Below, one piece after another: positions 27,001 to 36,016 of a DNA stretch of 64,000 nt. This DNA is from Oceanispirochaeta sp. (GTDB taxonomy: Bacteria; Spirochaetota; Spirochaetia; DSM-2461): the NCBI GenBank assembly GCA_963666275.2, contig CAXXOA010000001.1, positions 1 through 64,000 on the forward strand, read 5' to 3'. Position 1 is the first letter of the stretch, and every line of letters starts with the position of its first letter. The position numbers were made by a program, and so were the translations under genes. The notes beneath the pieces are model-generated. The model ran no database searches and was not told the origin of the DNA. It was given only the letters and a program-made list of their open reading frames with translations.

Positions 27001-27367
27001 TCTTGAGCTGGAAGCCATCGCCTGGGAAAAGGGGCTGCAGAATGCTTCGGGGGACTGGGCCGGATATGCTGAAATTCTGAGGGACTTCAGGAAGGAAACA
27101 AGGTCTGTCACAGAACAGATCGGGGTCAGTATCAACAGGAAAAAAACGGAACAGGCGGAACAGATGCTGCGGTCACTCCAGGAAAAGGCATCCCTCATCG
27201 GAGCGGATATCCTTACGGACGCCGTAAAATCTTTCGAGCTGGTTCTCCGGTCCGGTGTCTTTGACAGGGAGCAGAATCAGCTCCTCCTGAACGGCATTAA
27301 GGACTTTCTGGTACTGATTTACTCGGATATTGATATGATACTCGACAGGGTCGGTAAAACGGTATAG
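24032..27367 (+). CDS. Hybrid sensor histidine kinase (2 TM, PAS, HisKA, HATPase, 2 REC, degenerate HPt)
   Basis: FLANMSHEIRTP, NAVKFT, GGTGLGL, LLDWSMP and LMDLQMP receiver motifs. Confidence 0.93.
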   Translation: MKRSIVVTVSFILILSVFIGIVAYHFNGILETQKRFTNEMLINQTVLSGNNLQNYILSFEEEAKHQLTVTPYQNIIRNEEIDSYLFNQIRRFYSKYQNIINSIHIFDSERSRYLQKSEENYFTITDIRETPSNSQFVDETSVKSRQGRLFYLLPIREGGRVVANMEIGLDLPGAVGQELQRFHYTGRRSWYWCIDAEGRIVYFPELSGRETLPSESMDMITRDISMNFEGLIEHTLPLDDDISVFSAYYPIQIFNNRYGVVFSIDRKVWFGQIKSKTIIIIICFIILIGLISIYFSLIIRQRRKVEKKLVQSEGQIKNILENLQVGVVIVNRETLQIEFVNKNAADMVQTEVSELVGSRSSYFSYSDGWRSSHDAPPEEILITKEQIIDSSDGATMNILNTISSMEYRNHPCLLNAFIDITDRKRAEIELLKMNESLREQSELSGILASKADAANRAKSDFLANMSHEIRTPMNAIVGFNTLLRQTELTTDQQEYMNFIEESIKTLLKIINDILDFSKIEAEKLFLDAVDFNLDEVLDNISRIVGINAFQKGLEFILIRNKSTPVNLVGDPLRLEQVLLNLTNNAVKFTEKGEIIVKVALIEQDFSHVTLNFEVHDTGIGFSPEQHEGLFGAFSQADTSTTRQYGGTGLGLTISRHLVELMGGKMTVESSPGRGSVFSFVADFQISQKREESRSRDLIKLGKLDLVMIVDDNSSVQQVVRNYLSDLAEDFTGADSGEQAVVLYRELLAGGRVPDLILLDWSMPGLDGIQTWRKIRELHRGEPLPRVILTTAYGFNEPRSTAEEEGIHSIIMKPITRSSIFDAILNEFGGSMVIKEARKSSRLPDSGTDDIHILIVEDNQINQDVLFAMLKTSGYRVDIAGDGLEAIEHLKQNSYDLVLMDLQMPRCDGYEATRRIRHELQMTELPVIALSADAMKGTREKALESGMNAYLTKPLDVDALYTAIQHWIGSGRETADGAESVPPEETSLIQDLELEAIAWEKGLQNASGDWAGYAEILRDFRKETRSVTEQIGVSINRKKTEQAEQMLRSLQEKASLIGADILTDAVKSFELVLRSGVFDREQNQLLLNGIKDFLVLIYSDIDMILDRVGKTV

Positions 27368-27421
27368 CCGGGGGAGTTCTCTCTTCTGGAGAACTCCTTC
27401 CAAATCAGAATCGTCAGGAAT

Positions 27422-28033
27422 ATGGGATTTATGGGTGAAAGCGGAAAAAAGAAGAAAACCTCCCGGGATATTCAGGCTGAGAAATCCAGAGAACGGATAT
27501 ATAAGGTGGCGTCTTCTCTCATTTCCCGGAAAGGATTTTATGATACAAGTATTTCCGAAATCTGCCGGGAAGCCCAGTGCTCTGTTGGGGCTTTTTATCA
27601 TCACTTTTCCTCAAAAGACAGTATCCTGGAGGAGACATTCCGTCTGGCCGATATCGATTTTGCGGAATGGGAAGTTCCGGATCAGCAAATCCTCGACGGT
27701 AAGGAACTTGTTCTGCTCTATATGACTTCCTATGCGGACCTGATAGAACAGACAGGTCTGAATTTTATCAAACGTTTTTACAACAACGGGAATAAAACCT
27801 TTATTAAACAGGGCAGGCCTATGCAGACCCGTCTTGTTGAAATTATCGAATCTTCCGCACAGAACGGAAAGCTTGCAATCAGAGACACTCCTGCGGTGGT
27901 CTGTGAAAAGATTTTCATTGCCGCCCGGGGTGTTGTCTTCCACTGGTGCCTTCATGAAGGCGGTTTTGATCTGAAAACCCTTCTCCTGGACATGGTGAGT
28001 TGCGTCCTTGCAGACCAGGAATACAGGCCGTAG
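27422..28033 (+). CDS. TetR/AcrR-family regulator
   Basis: GFYDTSISEIC...GAFYHHFSSKD N-terminal HTH. Confidence 0.92.
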   Translation: MGFMGESGKKKKTSRDIQAEKSRERIYKVASSLISRKGFYDTSISEICREAQCSVGAFYHHFSSKDSILEETFRLADIDFAEWEVPDQQILDGKELVLLYMTSYADLIEQTGLNFIKRFYNNGNKTFIKQGRPMQTRLVEIIESSAQNGKLAIRDTPAVVCEKIFIAARGVVFHWCLHEGGFDLKTLLLDMVSCVLADQEYRP

Positions 28034-28113
28034 ACCCGGCGTAACCCCGCCTTTCCGGCTTTCGGGGATTTTGGTGTCACTGTTTACTCTTACCTCATTA
28101 CAAAAGGCAGACG

Positions 28114-28142
28114 AAAAAAAAGGCCGCTCATCTGAGCGGCCT
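28114..28142 (-). terminator. Intrinsic terminator of the reductase gene
   Basis: AGGCCGCTCA-TC-TGAGCGGCCT with A8 on the plus strand (U8 tail on the minus strand). Confidence 0.85.
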
Positions 28143-28165
28143 GAAAGTATTCTGTTTAGGACAGA

Positions 28166-29947
28166 TTATTCTGCAGCAGCATTGGCTCCGGCAATTTTAC
28201 CGAATACATTGATGTCAACAAGAGCATTTCCACCGAGTCTGTTAGATCCGTGGATTCCTCCGGTTGTTTCTCCCGCAGCATAAAGACCAGGAATGATGTT
28301 TCCGTCTTTATCAAGAACCTGAGCTTTCTCATTGATTCTGATACCACCCATTGTGTGGTGTACAGTGGGGATTCTTCCTCCGGCAAAGTAGGGAGGAGTG
28401 TCCATTTTGTGCTGGAACAGGGTTCTGCCGAAAGAGTCGGGTCCGCCGGATTCAACTGCTGCATTGAACTCGGCAACAGCGGCTTTCAGGTTTTCAGCAT
28501 CCACATTCATTTTTTCGGCCAGTTCGTCCAGAGTATCAGCCATGAGAGCTCTGTCCTGGTCTACCAGTTCCTGAATGGTTTCATTGAAGTTGTTTTTGGT
28601 ATCCATTGTAGGATAGTTATGGGAATCCAGAACAATCCACATGAAGTTGTCTTTCTGTTCGAACAGGGCGCGGGTCATAACGTCCCGTCTTTCTGCTTCA
28701 TTGACAAATCTGTTTCCGTCTTTATTGATGAAAATTCTATTTTCAACAGCCTGCTCGATGTTACCGGAAAGGCTTCCTGTTACAGGATCACCCATGGGAA
28801 GGAGCTGAATGTGTTCCAGACCGATAAGTTCGGCGCCGATGTTCTCAGCCAGAGCCAGACCGTCACCGGTGGCGCCGGGGTGGTTTGTTGTTCCGACAGT
28901 GGACAGGGAGGGCCAGATCTTATTGTATTTGTCTCTCATTTCCTTGTTGGCACCGAAACCGCCGGTGGCAACGATCACAGCTTTATGACCCTGTGCTACA
29001 ACAGTACCGTTAGGTCCTTCGGCTTTCACAACATTGGCTCTTTTCACTCCATCCACATCTTCGAGGTAGATCTCGGTGACTTTTGTGTCTGTCAGGACTG
29101 TAATTCCGTCATGGGAGCTGATGTAGTCGGTATAGGTTTTGATATAACCTGTTCCCAGAGGGAGAACCGGTTTATGAGCTCTGGGCCAGAGACCGCCGAG
29201 AACAGTGAAAACATGATCCTTGAACTCCATTCCGAGGCTTTCAAGCCACTGGAGTGTAGGGTAGGAGTTTTCTACAAGGGTACGGACCATAACGGGATTA
29301 CCCAGGTTGTCTCCCCCTTTGAGGGTCTGTTCATAGTGCTTATCCACAGAGTCTTCAATTCCCTGGGGTTCCTGACGGGAGGGGTCAACCGCATTGTAGG
29401 CAGATCCTGAAATGATGGTATTACCACCGACCTGGGGCATCTTTTCCAGTACGATAACGCTGGCGCCGTTCTGGTTGGCAGAAACCGCAGCGGCAAGACC
29501 GGCTCCACCGGCTCCGATAACAACGATATCCGCATTCAGAACTTCTGTTGCAGCCGATACAGCATCAGCTTCTGTTTCTGTTTTGGTTGCCAGTGCCTCC
29601 ATATCAGCTCCGGCTTTGCCGAGGGCTTCTTCAACGGCTCCGATGATGGCGTTACTGGAGTATGTGGCTCCTGCCACAGTATCTACATCCAGGGTCTGAC
29701 CATCGATAATGGCTTTAATAATTCTATCGAAAGCCGCATCGGAAACACCGGGAGTTTCATGGTTTTCAATGACTTTGATTTCTTTGATAGATGATTTGTC
29801 CACGGTTACTTCGAGAACAACATCTTCTCCGTGAATACCGGGAGCGCCTCCCTGGTAGGTACCGGGTTCGAATTTTGCTTTGTTTCCGCATCCAGAAAAT
29901 GCGAGGACCATAGCAATGACCATAAGAAATGGGATTAGTCGTTTCAT
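28166..29947 (-). CDS. Extracytoplasmic FMN-binding flavocytochrome c / FAD-dependent enoate reductase lipoprotein (fumarate/urocanate reductase family)
   Basis: Lipobox FSGC; FMN_bind domain with DTVAGATYSS; GAGGAG; HHTMGG; GSNRLGGNA. Confidence 0.88.
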   Translation of the reverse strand: MKRLIPFLMVIAMVLAFSGCGNKAKFEPGTYQGGAPGIHGEDVVLEVTVDKSSIKEIKVIENHETPGVSDAAFDRIIKAIIDGQTLDVDTVAGATYSSNAIIGAVEEALGKAGADMEALATKTETEADAVSAATEVLNADIVVIGAGGAGLAAAVSANQNGASVIVLEKMPQVGGNTIISGSAYNAVDPSRQEPQGIEDSVDKHYEQTLKGGDNLGNPVMVRTLVENSYPTLQWLESLGMEFKDHVFTVLGGLWPRAHKPVLPLGTGYIKTYTDYISSHDGITVLTDTKVTEIYLEDVDGVKRANVVKAEGPNGTVVAQGHKAVIVATGGFGANKEMRDKYNKIWPSLSTVGTTNHPGATGDGLALAENIGAELIGLEHIQLLPMGDPVTGSLSGNIEQAVENRIFINKDGNRFVNEAERRDVMTRALFEQKDNFMWIVLDSHNYPTMDTKNNFNETIQELVDQDRALMADTLDELAEKMNVDAENLKAAVAEFNAAVESGGPDSFGRTLFQHKMDTPPYFAGGRIPTVHHTMGGIRINEKAQVLDKDGNIIPGLYAAGETTGGIHGSNRLGGNALVDINVFGKIAGANAAAE

Positions 29948-29970
29948 TTTTCTTCCTTCTTTAAAACTAT

Positions 29971-30029
29971 TTCACCGAGTGCCCTCTGTGAAGTGGGCAA
30001 AATATATTATATCGAGAAAAAAATATCAA
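29971..30029 (-). promoter_or_regulatory. Reductase promoter with downstream palindromic operator
   Basis: TTGATA-17-TATATT on the minus strand; TTCACCGAG-TGCC-CTCTGTGAA inverted repeat at 29971-29992. Confidence 0.6.
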
Positions 30030-30107
30030 TACTTTGTTATCGGTTTCCGGCCAGAAAATCGACTGTTTTATGGCGGGGCAGAAGGGATGTTCCGTCTGAA
30101 ATGAAAC

Positions 30108-31037
30108 CTATTGATTTAAGAGCATAAAGAAGAGATTTTTAAAAGAATTGCCGTCTATCTCCCGGCAGAGTTCTACGGGAGAGTCCTCTGCTCCTGCCCA
30201 GGAGACTTTTCCGTAAAGTTCCCCCTCTTCTGTATGAACTGAAGGGGAGGCAGCCAGGCTTGCCCGTATGAGAGATCTGTCGAGAAGCACTGCCAGGGCT
30301 ACAGCATCGGGAAGAGAAAACCCTTCGGTTGAGGTTTTCTCCTTCATAAACTGACGGAGCTTGCGGGTGCTTTTGAAAAGGAATTGAGACTCCCTGTTTT
30401 CCGCTCCTTCCAGAGCGGCAATATCCGAAGCGGTAAAGAAAGCTTTTCCCCTGCAGACATCAAAACCGGTAACACACAGAGGGATGCCCGAGTCCAGGAG
30501 AATCTTATAGGCAGGAGGATCGCAGTAGACATTGAATTCCGCATGGGCGGTAATATTGCCGGGGCCGAATCCTCCGGAGCTCATGGAGTAGATCTTTTTG
30601 ACTTTTTTCATTGTTCCCGGGGATTTTCTGATGGCAGAGGCCAGGTTTGTGGCCGGCCCGATGGAGAGGATTTCAAGTTCCCCCGGATAGGTTTCCGCCA
30701 AGTGCAGAATGGCATCCACCGCAGGGAGAGTTCCGGGAGCTGTTTCAGGATGGATCAGGCCGCAGTCTCCCATGCCGTCCCGCCCCTGTATTCTCCCCAT
30801 GGGGCTCGAAATCCCGTTCAGAGTGGACGGGGCACCACTGTAAACCCTGGGCGGCTCTCCGGGGGCTCTGACTATTTCCAGGCACATCAGGGCGTTTGCC
30901 GTTGCCTGCTCTACCGGAACATTTCCAAAAACGGAAGTCACGGCGCATAAATCCAGCTCGGGGGACTTCATGGCCATGATCAGGGCCGCCGCATCATCGC
31001 AGGCTGTATCGGTATCAATAAGGATCTTTCTTGCCAT
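30108..31037 (-). CDS. Nucleoside hydrolase
   Basis: DTDTACDD Ca-binding motif, GN, GPATN, AEFN. Confidence 0.9.
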   Translation of the reverse strand: MARKILIDTDTACDDAAALIMAMKSPELDLCAVTSVFGNVPVEQATANALMCLEIVRAPGEPPRVYSGAPSTLNGISSPMGRIQGRDGMGDCGLIHPETAPGTLPAVDAILHLAETYPGELEILSIGPATNLASAIRKSPGTMKKVKKIYSMSSGGFGPGNITAHAEFNVYCDPPAYKILLDSGIPLCVTGFDVCRGKAFFTASDIAALEGAENRESQFLFKSTRKLRQFMKEKTSTEGFSLPDAVALAVLLDRSLIRASLAASPSVHTEEGELYGKVSWAGAEDSPVELCREIDGNSFKNLFFMLLNQ

Positions 31038-31051
31038 AGGATTGTCCCGGA

Positions 31052-32548
31052 TCAGAAGAAGAAGTTCAGTCCTTCGGCTTTCATGTCTTCCAGAAAGCTC
31101 TGGAAACTCTTCATTTCGCTGATTCCGAAGAACTGTAGAACCATGTGATTCAGATCATCAAAGTCCCGTTCATTCCTGGCATAATAGTAAATTTCATTTC
31201 CCAGATAGACCGCATAGGTTATGACTTTATACTCTTCCACAGACTCCAGGGGGGTGTGGTGGTGCTGAATGGTCTGGATGAATTTGTCCGGAAAATCCCA
31301 TTTCCTTGCGAGCTGGGCTCCTATGGTTGAATGATTAAAACCGCTTGCCAGATCATCCAGGATCGCAATGGGTATATGTTTTTCCCGGCAAAGCTGCTCA
31401 AGTCTTCCTTCCAGTTCCCTGTTGAGCGAGTTCACAATGATTTTGCCGAAGTCGTGAATAAGAGCGGCTGTATAGATATCTTCTGCCAGCCGGTTTAACC
31501 CCTTGTACTGAGCCAGGAAACTGGCAATCAGAGCAACATGAAAGGAGTGTTCGTTGATCTCATCAATGGCCTTTTTGTTGAATTTCTTTTCAAAAACCTT
31601 CCGGGCGCCATAGTTATAGAGGATGGACTTGACCCCCAGCATCCCAATCATTCTTACTGCAGCGGCCACATCGGATATCTGATTTTTAATGCGGTAAACC
31701 GGCGAGTTGGCAATCCTGAGGATCTCCGCCACCAGAGAGGGGTCGGATGTTATTGTGTCTGCAATCGATTCAAATGTGCATCCGGGATTGCTCAGTTCCT
31801 TCTGGAGCATCTGGATGTTCTGGGGAAACTGGGGCATCTGTTCAATGGAATCGATGATCTCCCGGGCGAGAAGTTCTCCCTGTTCCCCGGAGATATGGGC
31901 CAGGGGGATCTGAATTGTGGTGCAGCCCCGGTTGTCTCTGTTCTGAAATGTGAGGACCCTTTCGTCCAGATTGGCTTTCCGCATCATCAGCAGGATCACA
32001 ATCAGGCCGTAACCGGCACCTTCTGTTTCATCAAATCCGTATGCCAGGACTTCCGCAAGGGATTCAAACTTCCGCGCCTGTTTGAGCCTTTCGGCAATAC
32101 GGATTTTCTCCTCCTGAAGAAGGGGGCTGTTATTGAGAATCTCAATTGTCAGATTTTCATCGGTTTTTGCATAGTTTATGGTGACAAAGGTCTCCTTTTC
32201 CCTGTGGAGACGCGCGTACTTTTCAAAATTGCCGAAAACATCTTTTTTGAATGTTCTGATCCCTCTGGCATAATCGTCACTGTTTTCGATATCCAGGCCG
32301 GAAGACTCGAAGTAGAGCCTTTTGGAATTGGCTTTACTGGCATTCATGCTCAGTTCGTTCTGAGTATACTCCAGGTAGGAGTAGAGTTTGTCCTGATTGA
32401 TTTCAGATAGGATCGCTTTTAAAACCCGGGAAAGGGAACTGTCAGTCTCCCGGTTCACATAGGGAACTGTGCAGCTGAAGACGCCATTGCTGCTGAACTC
32501 CTCCCGGATTTTTTCTTCCGGGAGGGATTCGAAATTTGTGTATTCCAT
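31052..32548 (-). CDS. HATPase-like + HDOD domain protein
   Basis: ELSMNASKAN and GAGYGL boxes; DPSLVAEILRIANSP, IHDFGK, HH HDOD motifs. Confidence 0.85.
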   Translation of the reverse strand: MEYTNFESLPEEKIREEFSSNGVFSCTVPYVNRETDSSLSRVLKAILSEINQDKLYSYLEYTQNELSMNASKANSKRLYFESSGLDIENSDDYARGIRTFKKDVFGNFEKYARLHREKETFVTINYAKTDENLTIEILNNSPLLQEEKIRIAERLKQARKFESLAEVLAYGFDETEGAGYGLIVILLMMRKANLDERVLTFQNRDNRGCTTIQIPLAHISGEQGELLAREIIDSIEQMPQFPQNIQMLQKELSNPGCTFESIADTITSDPSLVAEILRIANSPVYRIKNQISDVAAAVRMIGMLGVKSILYNYGARKVFEKKFNKKAIDEINEHSFHVALIASFLAQYKGLNRLAEDIYTAALIHDFGKIIVNSLNRELEGRLEQLCREKHIPIAILDDLASGFNHSTIGAQLARKWDFPDKFIQTIQHHHTPLESVEEYKVITYAVYLGNEIYYYARNERDFDDLNHMVLQFFGISEMKSFQSFLEDMKAEGLNFFF

Positions 32549-32570
32549 ACTAGCTCCAGAGGCATTGTGC

Positions 32571-33815
32571 CTACATATTCACTCTGTTCTTACCCTGCTG
32601 TTTGGCTTCATACATTTTCTTGTCAGCCAGACTGATCATTTCAGCAAATGTATCTTTCTTCTCCAGACAGAGTCCTATGCTGGCTGTAATCTGGAATGGT
32701 TTGAAATCAGTGTTAAATTCAATTTCCTGAATTTTGTATCGCAGCTCCTCAAACAGGAGTACCGCATCCTTGGGATGCATATTGTTTCCGACTATACAGA
32801 ATTCCTCTCCCCCGTACCGGCAGAGTATATCGCTCTCTCTGACATTCTCAGAGAGTATCTCAGAGACCTTTTCAAGGACCGTATCGCCCATGTCATGGCC
32901 CAGACTGTCATTGATGGCTTTAAAATTGTCCAGATCGATCATGGCAACCACCATGAACTGTCCCGTCCGCTGGGAGGTTTTGAAAAGGAGATCTCCCGTT
33001 TCAAAAAGGTAGCGTCTGTTATGAAGTCCTGTTAAGTGATCAATCAGAGCTTCTTCCTTGATATTCTCGAAACTGTCCACCAGACGGAGATTCTGATAGA
33101 TCCGGCAGAAAAGGAGGTCGCTGATAAAGGGCTTGGTGAAAAAGTCATTGGCCCCGTATTTGATGAATTTTATCATCATCGTATGGTTTCCCCGGGCAGA
33201 GATGCCTATGATGGCAAGTCTGTCGGTCGAGTAGGACTGGCGGATCCGTCTTGTCAGTTCAAAACCGTCACAGCGGGGCATACTGTAATCCGTGAGAACC
33301 AGCTTGATATCCATGTGGCTTTCGAGAATTTCCATAGCTTCCAGTCCATCTCTGGCTTCATAGACTTTGAACTGATGAATCTGAAGGAGCTGGAGAAGGT
33401 GTTTCCTGGCGACGGAAGAGTCGTCAACAACCAGGATTCCCAGATCCCGGTTACGGAAAAATCTCTGAATCATATCGATCAGATAATTGATGCAGTTACT
33501 GTCCTCTTTGAGGATATAGTCAATGACTTTCCGGGACCAGGTGGATTCCTGAACATCCGGTGAAAACCTTCCGGTCATAACGATGGAAGGAATATTCTCT
33601 TCGTTACAGAGGTCTACGATCTCTCCCTCTTCCGCATCGGGAAGGTGGAAATCCAGCAGAGCAATAGAATATTCTTTTTCTGTTTCAAAAGATTTCTTTG
33701 TTTCTTCCAGAGACTTGAACCAGTGAACTGTATAGCCCAGCCTGGATTCTATATTGTGTTTTAACAGTTTACCGAAAAACTGGCTGTCTTCAACGACGAG
33801 TATTTTAATATCCAT
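32571..33815 (-). CDS. Response-regulator diguanylate cyclase (REC-REC-GGDEF)
   Basis: Two receiver domains, RESD I-site, RYGGEEF. Confidence 0.92.
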   Translation of the reverse strand: MDIKILVVEDSQFFGKLLKHNIESRLGYTVHWFKSLEETKKSFETEKEYSIALLDFHLPDAEEGEIVDLCNEENIPSIVMTGRFSPDVQESTWSRKVIDYILKEDSNCINYLIDMIQRFFRNRDLGILVVDDSSVARKHLLQLLQIHQFKVYEARDGLEAMEILESHMDIKLVLTDYSMPRCDGFELTRRIRQSYSTDRLAIIGISARGNHTMMIKFIKYGANDFFTKPFISDLLFCRIYQNLRLVDSFENIKEEALIDHLTGLHNRRYLFETGDLLFKTSQRTGQFMVVAMIDLDNFKAINDSLGHDMGDTVLEKVSEILSENVRESDILCRYGGEEFCIVGNNMHPKDAVLLFEELRYKIQEIEFNTDFKPFQITASIGLCLEKKDTFAEMISLADKKMYEAKQQGKNRVNM

Positions 33816-33888
33816 TATCTCTATTGAAGATATTACGAAACAACCTTATTTTCAACATGAAACGGTATTATAGAGGCCGAATAGAGGC

Positions 33889-33913
33889 AAAAAATCCCTT
33901 CCTGAGGGGGATT
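33889..33913 (-). terminator. Probable terminator of the MMPL operon
   Basis: AATCCCTT...GGGGGATT stem with an A-run on the plus strand. Confidence 0.55.
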
Positions 33914-33953
33914 GTGCTGTTTCTCCTGCTGAAGGAGTTCCGGAGGCTGTGAA

Positions 33954-35240
33954 TTAATACTCGTACTGCAGACGGATATAGACGTTGTCTGACTCGTCTC
34001 TGCCTGTGAAAATATTTTCTTCCGCCCCTCCCGTGTTGATATCGGCTCCGGCTTCTACAAGCATCCTGTCTGAGAGGCCGTAGCTGATGCGCGGAGCAAT
34101 GTAGATATCCGGATAGAGAAGGCCTGTGTTTAATCCCAGATAGAGCTTCTCCCTCATAAACGAGCGGTGCAGATGAAGGACCGCAAAGGCGATATGCTCC
34201 CGGGGCTGAACGGCGAAGCTGTTGTATTCTTCGGCCAGCTCCTCAAACAGAGCGCTGTCATAGGGCTCCTCCAGGGCATCGTAGTTGATAAAATACTGAT
34301 ACACCAGGCTCAGCTGGGCAAAGGTTCCATTCAGAATAGAACCGGTAATCTGGGTATTCGCAGAGAAGCTTGAATTGGCAATCCCCGGATCTGTTCCCTC
34401 AGGATCTTCTGTCAGGGTAAATCCCAGATCCTCCGAGAGGATCGTCTCTCCCAGGGTGGTGCTTACAGCGGCTCCGAAAAGCTGGTTTCTGGTGTAGAGC
34501 GGCTCAATCTCTCCTGTCAGGACCTGGCCGTCCGCGTCCAGTTCCGACAGGTCGAATCCCGGTGTCTGTTCCGTATACCAGGCGTAGACAAGCTGGAGAT
34601 CAAAGGTATCGGAAAAGTGGTAGTACCTGAAAAAAAGGGACTGGGCCTGATCTGTCAGATAAGCCTGGCTGTCCCGCTCCAGAGTCAGATCCCATTCATC
34701 GCTCCGGAGGGTTTCCTTTGCAGAGGGATCATAGTCCGGACGGGGAAAGGGGACATAGATCAGTTCAAAGGTATCGCTGAAATTGGGATAGTACAGGATC
34801 TGGACCATCCCGTCGGGGCGGCGGCCGTCCACACTGTCATCCAGGCTGAAAATGGTCTGATCCGAGGCATTTATGATGTTCAGAGGGCCGTAGACATCGG
34901 AGAATCCGAAAGATGCCAGCTTCTGCCCCAGGACTATGTCGAAGTTCCCCGCCGGCAGAGACACATAGGCTTCCCTGAGTATATTTTCCGGGGCTGTGAA
35001 TTCCTCTTCTCCCAGGGGCTGATACCAGAGGTTGGCTGAGAGGTTCACATCCGCAAGATAGCCGAACAGGGATGCCTGGAACTGGGGCTGCAGATAGTAT
35101 CGGTTCCGCAGAGTCTCATAGCTCTCATCCGGTTCGACCGCTCCGTAGTAGTCTGCAAAACTCAGGAGCCGGAACTCCCCGTCCGCCGGAAAGAGCTGGA
35201 AAGAAAGGAGCAGGGTTAGCAGAATGAGGATCTTTTTCAT
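33954..35240 (-). CDS. Predicted outer-membrane beta-barrel protein (DUF1302-like)
   Basis: Signal peptide, LREAY and GQK motifs, amphipathic strands, C-terminal YIRLQYEY with terminal aromatic residue. Confidence 0.7.
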   Translation of the reverse strand: MKKILILLTLLLSFQLFPADGEFRLLSFADYYGAVEPDESYETLRNRYYLQPQFQASLFGYLADVNLSANLWYQPLGEEEFTAPENILREAYVSLPAGNFDIVLGQKLASFGFSDVYGPLNIINASDQTIFSLDDSVDGRRPDGMVQILYYPNFSDTFELIYVPFPRPDYDPSAKETLRSDEWDLTLERDSQAYLTDQAQSLFFRYYHFSDTFDLQLVYAWYTEQTPGFDLSELDADGQVLTGEIEPLYTRNQLFGAAVSTTLGETILSEDLGFTLTEDPEGTDPGIANSSFSANTQITGSILNGTFAQLSLVYQYFINYDALEEPYDSALFEELAEEYNSFAVQPREHIAFAVLHLHRSFMREKLYLGLNTGLLYPDIYIAPRISYGLSDRMLVEAGADINTGGAEENIFTGRDESDNVYIRLQYEY

Positions 35241-36016
35241 CACCGGTTCCTCAGGTATCTGGTTGTAAAAATGTTCTCGGGGATCTCTTCCAGCGAATAA
35301 TCATGAAAATCCAGAATGGACTTGTGGTCGGTCTGGACATTGTGCATGACGATGTTGGTCGGATAAATGGCGCCGTTGTTGTTGAGTGTCTCCTTGACTC
35401 TGTAGGTTTTCAGCAGGTTTTCGGAAAGATCGTAATAATCCCGGGCATAGAGGAAATAGTCTTCGGTGCTGTAGTAGTTGATCTGGTAGGCATAGCCCCT
35501 CTGCTGCCTCTCCTCCAGGCTCTTGGCCCAGTCTTTGATGACATGGCAGGTCCTGCCGTCTATAACCTGAGTCCCCAGATACTCTCTTTCATAGTTATCC
35601 TGGGTTTTCAGAATAAAATCGGAATAGGTAAAATCGCTGCCCATGAAATACCCGCCGCCCGACTGCTCCAGGGCCACCCTTTTTATACGGCGGACCGCCG
35701 GAAGATAGATCCACATATTGCTGTCATCGCCGTTGAAGAAGGTATGAAGCAGGATTCCCGTATCCCTTACCGTGGGGGGGTAGCTGAAGAGAAAGAGCAT
35801 GTTTGTCTGATCGTTTCCGACAATCTTCTGATAGGCCTGGGCCTCCACCTCGCGGACATCTCCTTTTTTGGAAATCATTTCCATCCGGATCGTTCCGCTC
35901 AGATTGGGAAATGTGAGGGTATCGCCGAAATTTTTCAGAATCTGGTCAACACTTACCTGGGCTGAAAGGATATTTAAAGGGATCAGAAAGATCAGTACTA
36001 TAAAGAATTTCTTCAT
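35240..36016 (-). CDS. Outer-membrane lipoprotein-sorting / LolA-like protein
   Basis: PPTVRDTG..L, WIYLPAVRRIKR, FMGSDFTYSD, IFTTRYL signatures. Confidence 0.85.
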   Translation of the reverse strand: MKKFFIVLIFLIPLNILSAQVSVDQILKNFGDTLTFPNLSGTIRMEMISKKGDVREVEAQAYQKIVGNDQTNMLFLFSYPPTVRDTGILLHTFFNGDDSNMWIYLPAVRRIKRVALEQSGGGYFMGSDFTYSDFILKTQDNYEREYLGTQVIDGRTCHVIKDWAKSLEERQQRGYAYQINYYSTEDYFLYARDYYDLSENLLKTYRVKETLNNNGAIYPTNIVMHNVQTDHKSILDFHDYSLEEIPENIFTTRYLRNR

